IMG/VR virus record: IMGVR_UViG_3300031994_000001
Span: 55,799 to 119,798 of that record
Source of the DNA: a virus
Taxonomy: Duplodnaviria; Heunggongvirae; Uroviricota; Caudoviricetes
DNA: 64,000 nt
Reading direction: 5' to 3' (one strand)
Shown here: positions 46,683-54,346 of the stretch, in pieces
Layout: each line of letters begins with the position of its first letter
Numbering within the stretch: position 1 is the first letter of the stretch
Program-made: the position numbers and the translations under genes
The notes under the pieces: model-generated
What the model saw: only the letters and a program-made list of their open reading frames with translations
Told to the model about the DNA's origin: nothing
Database searches by the model: none

Positions 46683-46958
46683 ATGAGTAAATACTATTTC
46701 ACATTCGGCTGCGGCATTGACGACCCGCACAGAAACTGTTACACAGTCATTGAGGCTTCCTCTTGGTCGGAGGCGAGGGAAATTATGTTTTCCCGCTTCG
46801 GTACGCATTGGGCGTTCCAATATGAGGAAAAGGATTGGGTGATTGACCCAAAGACCAGCGAGAACTTCCAAGCGGTCGCCCGTATCTATGGCATTGACCC
46901 GAACAGAGAAACGCCGATTACGCAGGCGGAACTCTACAACTTAACCGAAATCAAATAG
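46683..46958 (+). CDS. Hypothetical early protein
   Basis: YYFTFGCG...WAFQY; downstream of promoter 5. Confidence 0.7.
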   Translation: MSKYYFTFGCGIDDPHRNCYTVIEASSWSEAREIMFSRFGTHWAFQYEEKDWVIDPKTSENFQAVARIYGIDPNRETPITQAELYNLTEIK

Positions 46959-46976
46959 CACCAAACACCAAAAAAT

Positions 46977-47384
46977 ATGTTACACGTCATCAGTTATATC
47001 ATAGCGATTTCAATTGCAGCCGTTTGCGGCATTTACGTGGATAAAAAGCAAAAGTATTGGTTGCTTGTGCCGACAATCATTTTCGGCATATACGGCGCGG
47101 TCGGTATGCTCGCATACACGGGTTGTGACAGTGCCGAAACGGAGAAAAAAATGTATGTCAAAGCGAAATCGGAATCCGAAATCCTCAAATCAAACGCAAG
47201 CATCGCGATTGAGACGGCATACACTTACACAAAAGACATTGAGGAGATGAACTCTCTCATCGACCGTTCAAGGGAAAAGTGCAACCATTGGTTTTGGAGC
47301 GGATACTATCACAAGGAAACAGCCGCATTGGAAAAAATCAACTGCGACTCAATCAATGTTACTCTGATTACAGAGTTCAAATAA
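46977..47384 (+). CDS. Two-TM membrane protein (paralogue of 49817-50224)
   Basis: Two N-terminal TM helices; GYYHKETAAL. Confidence 0.7.
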   Translation: MLHVISYIIAISIAAVCGIYVDKKQKYWLLVPTIIFGIYGAVGMLAYTGCDSAETEKKMYVKAKSESEILKSNASIAIETAYTYTKDIEEMNSLIDRSREKCNHWFWSGYYHKETAALEKINCDSINVTLITEFK

Positions 47385-47393
47385 GCATCTGTT

Positions 47394-47720
47394 ATGAAAA
47401 GGAACAAGCGTGTGAAAAGCGAGTACGAGGTTCAACTTGCCAAGAAAATCAAAAGTGTCAACCTGCATTGCAAGGAAATGAACAAAATCTTTGCCCGCAG
47501 GAACGACAACTTCATTGACGAACTAAACGCCGTTATGGACAAGGTGTTCGCCCTCGGAGGTGACTTGTATTGGGACAGAGAACTCTACATTGATTGCAAC
47601 TGCAACAACGAGGAGGCGCAGAAACTCGTCAGAACGTCAGAGAACATTATGTTCAAACCAAATGATGACCCGACTGAACATCTCGGAATCGTTGTGTGTT
47701 ACAAGAATAAAAAGAGATAA
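47394..47720 (+). CDS. Hypothetical protein
   Basis: ORF in operon. Confidence 0.6.
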   Translation: MKRNKRVKSEYEVQLAKKIKSVNLHCKEMNKIFARRNDNFIDELNAVMDKVFALGGDLYWDRELYIDCNCNNEEAQKLVRTSENIMFKPNDDPTEHLGIVVCYKNKKR

Positions 47721-47721
47721 T

Positions 47722-48165
47722 ATGTATGTAAAGAATTTCAAAGTCGGCGATTGGATATTCGACAACGAGGGTGAGTTGAAGCAGATTATATCCACAAAGA
47801 ACGGCAGCATCACCTACACGGACGGCACAATCAACACCACCGTGTCGGCGAGCGGCGAAACCAAATGCTGGCCTCTCTCCGTCCGCAATCTCGTGCTGTC
47901 CCGCTATCTGCAAGGTCAGCGTGACATACTCAAAAAAATCAACGCATTTTCCCAACGGCTCGTGCGGGAAAAGTTCTACGACTTTACCGAGCGTCTGTTC
48001 GAACTGCCATACGGAAAGGAAAACATCAGCAAAAAGGAAATCAGAAAATGCGAGAATCTGTATAAGGAGATTGAGGACTATGTTGCGTATATCCTCAAGC
48101 AGAACGAAATGATAGAACACATAAAGAGTTACGGATACTACAAAAAAGATACAAGCGGCTGTTGA
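47722..48165 (+). CDS. Hypothetical protein
   Basis: Start moved to MYVKNFKVGDW. Confidence 0.65.
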   Translation: MYVKNFKVGDWIFDNEGELKQIISTKNGSITYTDGTINTTVSASGETKCWPLSVRNLVLSRYLQGQRDILKKINAFSQRLVREKFYDFTERLFELPYGKENISKKEIRKCENLYKEIEDYVAYILKQNEMIEHIKSYGYYKKDTSGC

Positions 48166-48230
48166 TAACTTGTTGATAACTTTTTTCAGAAAAAATGTTG
48201 AGTGTATAAAAATTTTTGTATTTTTGCGGC
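48160..48230 (+). promoter_or_regulatory. Conserved early promoter copy 6
   Basis: TGTTGATAAC 48160 and 48171; TATTTTTG 48219-48226. Confidence 0.8.
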
Positions 48231-48248
48231 GTATATAAAACTGTTATT

Positions 48249-48872
48249 ATGAAAACCTATAAGTTTGTCAGAGTACACAAGAAAGGAACATCGGATTACG
48301 GCACTTGGTATTTCAAGCCGCAGTCCATTGAGGATGTCAATCTGCATTGGAAAGAGATTTGCGGTGCTGAAATAAAATCGCACGTGAACGAGCGGTTTGA
48401 GAAATCCGTTCTTATTGAACGCGAAGGCAAAGAACCGTATATCAAAACGCCTCATCCGACAACGCAGTTCGGTATGGCTGTTGAGGCTTATATGCAGGTA
48501 TGTAACGGAATCTACGCATTGGGTATGCTTGAAGTTGAGAACATTGCATACCAAACCCGAATCAACTCGTTCAACAGAGGTGATGACATTTACCTTGCAA
48601 ACGGTATGCCCGTCTATATGATTGACGACAGATTCTTCGAGATTGCGGAGACTGTCGAATCCGAAAAGTTCGCATATCCGACCAAGAAGAATTGGTGTCT
48701 TGATGATGTCCGTTATATGCAGTGGAATATGCTCGGCAACCGTGGCACGCATTGGTACGCTAAAATCGAAAAACGTGACATTTATGACGAGCAGGGCAGA
48801 ATGAAGTGGGATACCAAGGACGAGGCGGTCAAGGCTGCTGAATGGTTCATCAAAAACAAACTGACGAAATAA
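48249..48872 (+). CDS. Hypothetical early protein
   Basis: ATG downstream of promoter 6. Confidence 0.75.
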   Translation: MKTYKFVRVHKKGTSDYGTWYFKPQSIEDVNLHWKEICGAEIKSHVNERFEKSVLIEREGKEPYIKTPHPTTQFGMAVEAYMQVCNGIYALGMLEVENIAYQTRINSFNRGDDIYLANGMPVYMIDDRFFEIAETVESEKFAYPTKKNWCLDDVRYMQWNMLGNRGTHWYAKIEKRDIYDEQGRMKWDTKDEAVKAAEWFIKNKLTK

Positions 48873-48910
48873 ATGAGGAAATAAATGAGGAAATAAATGA
48901 GGAAATAAAT
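48866..48910 (+). repeat. 12-bp tandem repeat GAAATAAATGAG x3.75
   Basis: Read directly; in the upstream gene's frame it reads (TAA ATG AGG AAA)x3 TAA. Confidence 0.9.
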
Positions 48911-48919
48911 TTCAGCAAT

Positions 48920-49162
48920 ATGGATTACAATACCCTTATCACATTCACTGCAAAATTCATCTCCATTGTGTGCCTGCTGCTTGTTGTCATCACAAACGGG
49001 TTCGCAACGCATTTCATTATTGATATGGTGAAACAAAAAGACAAGAAGAAATTTGGCGACTACTTTATTATGATAATCATTCCGATGTTGCTCATTCTGC
49101 TTGACTTTATGACAGTTCTCGGTGTGTGTATATACATTGCAGACGGCTGCACGTTCAAATAA
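48920..49162 (+). CDS. Small two-TM membrane protein
   Basis: MDYNTLITF hydrophobic. Confidence 0.6.
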   Translation: MDYNTLITFTAKFISIVCLLLVVITNGFATHFIIDMVKQKDKKKFGDYFIMIIIPMLLILLDFMTVLGVCIYIADGCTFK

Positions 49163-49179
49163 CCTTAAACATTACCATT

Positions 49180-49812
49180 ATGAAAATAGAAGACGAAAGA
49201 TACGATTTGGTCGGGGTAGGCAGAGACTTGCTGTTGTCCGTAACAGTTTCCGACCTGCGGAAGTTTCTGAAAGAACGGTTTGTCGAAATCGTGTTTGCCA
49301 CTTCCGAAAACGGCAGGGGCGTGGTTTACGACAACAGAGAAACGGATGTGAAATTGGGTGATTTCGGTGAATACCCTATGTATATCATAGGCGGTTGTCC
49401 GAATGGTGCTACAGACATTACAAACTGCTACACTTGGGTTAGTGGCAATGACAGCATTCTCGGAAAGACATTCCTAATCAACAGTATGACTGACGAGGAA
49501 ATCGTGTCATTCGCCAGGTACGACAAGACCGTTATGCTCACCCATATTGTTGAAAAGTTCGGCAAGTACATAGCATTTGAGTCATACGAAAGTCTGTCCA
49601 CCCCGTACAACATACTAATCACGCTGAAGGGTTTGGCTTCGGATAAATGCGTGGCTACAGACTACTCACTTAAAATGGCGAAGTTGAACGCCGAGTATCT
49701 GAAGGTATGCAAGGAGTTCGACAAACTTGCCGAAAAGAAACAGCGTCTGTATTCTGAATTGAAAAATGCGGAACGGCAGGAAAAGGAAAGTAAAAGAATC
49801 TTCAAAAAATAA
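49180..49812 (+). CDS. Hypothetical protein with C-terminal coiled coil
   Basis: ORF in operon. Confidence 0.65.
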   Translation: MKIEDERYDLVGVGRDLLLSVTVSDLRKFLKERFVEIVFATSENGRGVVYDNRETDVKLGDFGEYPMYIIGGCPNGATDITNCYTWVSGNDSILGKTFLINSMTDEEIVSFARYDKTVMLTHIVEKFGKYIAFESYESLSTPYNILITLKGLASDKCVATDYSLKMAKLNAEYLKVCKEFDKLAEKKQRLYSELKNAERQEKESKRIFKK

Positions 49813-49816
49813 AGTT

Positions 49817-50224
49817 ATGGGATATATTATCAGTTTTGTATTGGCTCTCCTTGTCGGGTTTTATATGGTGTATCTGTCTGTAAAGGCAAATCCTTTCGGC
49901 ATTCTGTTCACATTCATAGGCATATTGTGTTTCGCCTATGCCATCTTTGTCGGGTGTGTGTACGGCGCGAAACCTTCTGCGGAGGACGAATACGCGGAGT
50001 ATATGAAAGCGAAATGCGAATGTGAAATGCTGTCGTCAGAAACGGTGCTTACAATCCAAACGGTTGAAAGTTTCAAGTCTGACATTGACCACATCAACAA
50101 GAGAATTGCCAAATCGAAAAAATACAAAGACACTTTCTATATCCAAGGTTTCTACAATAAGGAAACTGCGGAGTTGACACCTATTTCATACGACACGATA
50201 AAGATTACAATAACAATTCAATAA
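49817..50224 (+). CDS. Two-TM membrane protein (paralogue of 46977-47384)
   Basis: Two TM helices; GFYNKETAEL. Confidence 0.7.
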   Translation: MGYIISFVLALLVGFYMVYLSVKANPFGILFTFIGILCFAYAIFVGCVYGAKPSAEDEYAEYMKAKCECEMLSSETVLTIQTVESFKSDIDHINKRIAKSKKYKDTFYIQGFYNKETAELTPISYDTIKITITIQ

Positions 50225-50226
50225 AA

Positions 50227-50589
50227 ATGGAAAATATGGAAAGTACAAGATTAGAAGATTTTTGCGCGGCATTTTCCTCAATGCTTATTGTCGCGTGTAT
50301 TCTGCTGTTTTTCTGTGTCGCCTGCAACAGAGCGAACACGACCTACACAGTCAATGACGTACCGAACATCGAAGTCAAGTCGGGCGAATCGTCCATACAG
50401 ACAAAAACAATCATAAAGTCGTTCAAACAAACGATGGATTGTGACGATGCTGCGGAGTTCGTTGACGAGTGTTATGCGAAGTACGGCAACAATGTGCTGA
50501 ATGTTACTGTTGGTTCAAACGACTTTTATCACCATAATATCATTATGGTAACGGTCAGAACGGACACGGCTGTCCCGAAAAGTTCATAG
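50227..50589 (+). CDS. Predicted membrane-anchored or lipoprotein
   Basis: Hydrophobic stretch ending CVAC. Confidence 0.6.
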   Translation: MENMESTRLEDFCAAFSSMLIVACILLFFCVACNRANTTYTVNDVPNIEVKSGESSIQTKTIIKSFKQTMDCDDAAEFVDECYAKYGNNVLNVTVGSNDFYHHNIIMVTVRTDTAVPKSS

Positions 50590-50632
50590 AAACACGTGTA
50601 AAAATATTGTTAAACTTATAAATAATGAAGAA

Positions 50633-51292
50633 ATGATTGTACTATTGGAAAATCTGAAACAACTGTCAAAGTCTGAACGCCAATTCATTGTGGATTATGG
50701 CGCGTTCAACTGCGTAGGTGTCAGATTGAAACGAAATTTCAAGAATACGCTGTTCAATCTGTTCGGTCGTGATACCTACAATGCCGAGGAAATCGCCTTT
50801 ATTGACAGTCTGAAGCACGACCGCTACTATCTCTCCCATAAAAACGGTGACTCATATTTCATTTGCAATGACGATAACATTGCGTTCAAGGAGGAATGCT
50901 TTGAGGACATCGTTGACAATCCGAACCCGTCTCTGTTCAAGGAGCGCACGAAACACGACAGAAAGACGGAGGCTTGCCTGCGGTGCGCTGAACGCAGGGA
51001 CGTGTTCAACAAACTCTATATCGAAGGGGACAACGCTGACGCTATGATGGAAAAAATGCGGACAAACGGCTATCCCAATATCTCCGTGCAGGTTGTTTAC
51101 AAGGTAGCCTGCGAGTGCGGTGTCAAGATGGAAAAACCGAAACGCGGGTATGACTACGGCAACAAGTACCGTGGAAGATACAAGACCGCCTATGACATCT
51201 ATGGCAACCGAACTATGGTTAGGGTTGACAAAATTGACAACATCAATTGGTTCGCGTCAAAAAAGGCATACAACGATTTCAAAAGCAACTGA
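50633..51292 (+). CDS. Hypothetical protein
   Basis: TATAAATA at 50617-50624. Confidence 0.7.
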   Translation: MIVLLENLKQLSKSERQFIVDYGAFNCVGVRLKRNFKNTLFNLFGRDTYNAEEIAFIDSLKHDRYYLSHKNGDSYFICNDDNIAFKEECFEDIVDNPNPSLFKERTKHDRKTEACLRCAERRDVFNKLYIEGDNADAMMEKMRTNGYPNISVQVVYKVACECGVKMEKPKRGYDYGNKYRGRYKTAYDIYGNRTMVRVDKIDNINWFASKKAYNDFKSN

Positions 51293-51293
51293 T

Positions 51294-51620
51294 ATGGAAA
51301 AGCCAAAATTAAGTTTCACCGAAGCGGACTTTGACAATATGGTTGACATAATGCTCGAATCAAAGGACAGTATGTTCAAGACCGTTGTTAAAATGTTGGA
51401 CAAAGGTTACAAGGAGAATGTCATTTCGGCGTTTTTCAGAACAATCAATGCCATTTCAGACCATCTCGAAAAGGCGGACAGCAGGGAGCGGCTGATGGGA
51501 ATCAAGGCATATTCCATTTTGAGAATCAACTTCGAGGTTATGGATGATACTCCCAAACTTGACAAAGTGGGAAAGCAGATTCACGCCATAAAAGAGGTTG
51601 TGGAAGGAAAATTCGATTAA
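51294..51620 (+). CDS. Hypothetical protein
   Basis: Start moved to MEKPKL. Confidence 0.65.
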   Translation: MEKPKLSFTEADFDNMVDIMLESKDSMFKTVVKMLDKGYKENVISAFFRTINAISDHLEKADSRERLMGIKAYSILRINFEVMDDTPKLDKVGKQIHAIKEVVEGKFD

Positions 51621-51638
51621 CCAATAAAAATTACCACT

Positions 51639-51878
51639 ATGGCAAGAAAGAAAAAAGTAATTTACGAAAAGCACCCCGTCACGGACTATGCCTATGAAGT
51701 CAGAGAAAAAGTGATTGAGGTTGACGTACCCGAAGCGGAACGCTTTGAGGAAAACGAGGACAAATGCAAACCCTCGCCAAAAGTCAAAAAGCCCAAATCG
51801 GCATTCGCCACAGACAGCGATTGGAACAATCTGTCGAAAAACACGGACTTGAACGCCGCGCTGAACAAGGGAAATTGA
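51639..51878 (+). CDS. Small charged protein
   Basis: ORF in operon. Confidence 0.6.
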   Translation: MARKKKVIYEKHPVTDYAYEVREKVIEVDVPEAERFEENEDKCKPSPKVKKPKSAFATDSDWNNLSKNTDLNAALNKGN

Positions 51879-51916
51879 GAGTTCGGGCAGACTATTAAAA
51901 ACTAAATAACAGAACG

Positions 51917-52342
51917 ATGAAAAGAATCAAACGGAAAATCAGAATGTGGCTGCGGCGTATGTTCGACCCGAAGCATTCCACCAAAATCACAACGGAGGAA
52001 CGCTACCTTATGATTATCATATCACAACTTATGAAGCGTAAGGATTCCGAGTTGCTGACAATCCCCTATGTCACGAAATGCTACATCAAAAACGACAACG
52101 CCAAAATATTCATTACCGTTGACTTTGTGCAGAATGAGGCGTTTGTAAGAAACCACGTTTTCGGTTACGACATCAAACTGTCGCCGAGGGTAACGGTTTA
52201 CATCTACGATAAATTCATCAAAGAGGTTGAGATTAGGCGAAACGAAATGGAAAACGAGTACCGAAGCAATGTGCAGAACTCGCTCCATTCGGTAGTTGAC
52301 AGATACTTAAAAGAATTTCCCGATGAAGGCATACAAGGTTAG
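51917..52342 (+). CDS. Hypothetical protein
   Basis: ORF in operon. Confidence 0.65.
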   Translation: MKRIKRKIRMWLRRMFDPKHSTKITTEERYLMIIISQLMKRKDSELLTIPYVTKCYIKNDNAKIFITVDFVQNEAFVRNHVFGYDIKLSPRVTVYIYDKFIKEVEIRRNEMENEYRSNVQNSLHSVVDRYLKEFPDEGIQG

Positions 52343-52607
52343 ACACAAGGACAGCGGGCTGTACTACAAGCCAGGCAAAACGAACTTGGACGAAAAGGGC
52401 AAATTATACCCGAACAAGAACACTGTGTTGGCGCAATGCCAAAGCAGTGGAACGGTCGCTGTGACGATTGCCAAAAGCAGCCGCATATACAAGAAACGCC
52501 CCGATGTGTTCAGCGGTTGGGGCGAAGACAGATACAACAAGACTTACATTGTAGCCTATCTGCCCGTGGATTCTTTTGAACTGATTGAATTGGACTTAAA
52601 CCTATAA
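52323..52607 (+). CDS. Hypothetical phage protein
   Basis: YKVRHKDSGLYYKP...KGKLY pattern. Confidence 0.65.
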   Translation: MKAYKVRHKDSGLYYKPGKTNLDEKGKLYPNKNTVLAQCQSSGTVAVTIAKSSRIYKKRPDVFSGWGEDRYNKTYIVAYLPVDSFELIELDLNL

Positions 52608-52610
52608 ATT

Positions 52611-53312
52611 ATGGAAGTAAGAATTAAACTGTTTGAAGGCGGCACAATGCCTATCAAAATGCACGAGACCGATGCAGGTTTCGACTGTTACGCCCGCTCG
52701 AAGAAAACACGGCGTAACGACCAAATCATATACGAACTCGGATTCGCAATCGAAGTGCCGAGATGGTATGTGGCACTTATGTTCCCCCGTTCAAGCGTCT
52801 GTGACTATGACGTGATATTGTCGAACTGCGTTGGCGTGGTTGACAGCGGCTATCGCGGTGAGGTCAAGGCGGTGTTCAACGCAAGGAACTTCCCAGAGTG
52901 CAAGGCGTATGAGGTCGGCGACAGAGTTTGCCAAATGATTATCATCCCCTATCCCGAAATCCAACTGCTCCAAGTGAAAGACTTGTCTGTCGGCGAGCGT
53001 GGCGACAACGGGTTCGGCAGCACAAGCAGAAAGACCGAAGAAAAAGTCGCATTCAATCTGAATGTGGGATATTCTGATTGGAAAACCAACATCATCAATT
53101 TCGCCGAGAATACAAAGCCGCAGGAATGGCGAAAGGGGCAGGCGGTGTTCAACGCAGCCGAATCACTCTACAAGGATGCAGTCCGAAAGGTTCAGACCGA
53201 CTATCACATAGACTGCTTCTATGACGATTCAAAGATTGACGATTTTCTGTCGGTGGTGTACACGATTATCGCACCAAGTCAACCGAATGAAACAAAAAAG
53301 TCTCTGTTTTAA
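52611..53312 (+). CDS. dut: Trimeric dUTPase with C-terminal extra domain
   Basis: DAGFDC, PRSS, GVVDSGYRGEV, DRVCQMII, RGDNGFGST. Confidence 0.93.
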   Translation: MEVRIKLFEGGTMPIKMHETDAGFDCYARSKKTRRNDQIIYELGFAIEVPRWYVALMFPRSSVCDYDVILSNCVGVVDSGYRGEVKAVFNARNFPECKAYEVGDRVCQMIIIPYPEIQLLQVKDLSVGERGDNGFGSTSRKTEEKVAFNLNVGYSDWKTNIINFAENTKPQEWRKGQAVFNAAESLYKDAVRKVQTDYHIDCFYDDSKIDDFLSVVYTIIAPSQPNETKKSLF

Positions 53313-53325
53313 CAGAGACTTTTTT
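53295..53325. terminator. Bidirectional terminator
   Basis: AAAAAGTCTCTG-TTTTAA-CAGAGACTTTTT. Confidence 0.85.
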
Positions 53326-53327
53326 GT

Positions 53328-54104
53328 TTAGAATTGCAGGAATCTCGGATTCCAATTCAGACTGACACCGACACCGACATAAGGCGTAAGTTTGACGGGT
53401 CTTGACAACGCAGCCCCGTAACCGACCTGCAAACCGATTCCCAACCCGAACTGTTTTCTGTTCTTGTAGTCGTATGATTTGTCGGCGACAAGTATTCCCG
53501 CCCCGTTATTGAATGTGCAGGCAGGATAGTCTGTCTTCAGTTTGATGTAAGTGTAGCCTTTCTTGTCACGGTAGAGCATACTTTCGACCCAAATGTTCTG
53601 CGATAAGTCAACATCAGCATTGCCGTTGCTTTCAAGAATACCCGTCTCGCAGTTCACCTTGTACGGTATTCTGACATATATGCTTCTGTTCGAATTGCCG
53701 AACTCTGCGATTTCGCTTGCATCCAAGAATCCCATATCGCTCCAAGCCTTGTCAATATAAACAGTGTCGTGCAGTACGGTGACGGGCAGGCTTATCGAAT
53801 CGGACAATGATGCCACGTATTTGATTATGGTGATTGGTGACTTTCCCCTTTCGAGTTTGAGGGAATCCGCCAACTCGTCAATACGCAACTGCATAGCACG
53901 CATCTCGGCAATGTTGTACTTGCCTTCCTTGTAGTTTTTCAGCGTGTCGTTTACCGCAAGCAGGTTGTTTTCGAGACGAGCCTTTTCGCTCTTGTACTTG
54001 TTTATGCTGTCGCATTGCTTTATTGTTATGGCAGCGAGTACAGTCACGGCAAGAATGACTACCCATTTGCCATATTTGTTTATAAAGTTCTTTACGTTTT
54101 CCAT
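53328..54104 (-). CDS. Envelope-associated protein (candidate lysis/spanin-like)
   Basis: N-terminal TM, coiled coil, C-terminal amphipathic beta strands FGLGIGLQVGYG...YVGVGVSLNW. Confidence 0.5.
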   Translation of the reverse strand: MENVKNFINKYGKWVVILAVTVLAAITIKQCDSINKYKSEKARLENNLLAVNDTLKNYKEGKYNIAEMRAMQLRIDELADSLKLERGKSPITIIKYVASLSDSISLPVTVLHDTVYIDKAWSDMGFLDASEIAEFGNSNRSIYVRIPYKVNCETGILESNGNADVDLSQNIWVESMLYRDKKGYTYIKLKTDYPACTFNNGAGILVADKSYDYKNRKQFGLGIGLQVGYGAALSRPVKLTPYVGVGVSLNWNPRFLQF

Positions 54105-54107
54105 AGT

Positions 54108-54338
54108 CTATAAGTATGATACCAAGTCAAGCAAGGTGACGCGACCGTATTTTTCATTGAGGGTTTTCAAAAATGTCTTTTCGTGTTCCTCAATGCCCTT
54201 TATTTCCGCAGCGAGATTGTCGTGCTTTTCCTTCAGCAAAAGGAGTTCGGTCTTGACTGCATTGATTTCGTTGTCACAACGGCTGTATTCCGATGTGATT
54301 TCTTTCAATTCTCTTATTTCTTCCTCGGTAAGTGTCAT
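54108..54338 (-). CDS. Small coiled-coil protein
   Basis: Heptad pattern. Confidence 0.6.
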   Translation of the reverse strand: MTLTEEEIRELKEITSEYSRCDNEINAVKTELLLLKEKHDNLAAEIKGIEEHEKTFLKTLNEKYGRVTLLDLVSYL

Positions 54339-54346
54339 AATTCCGT

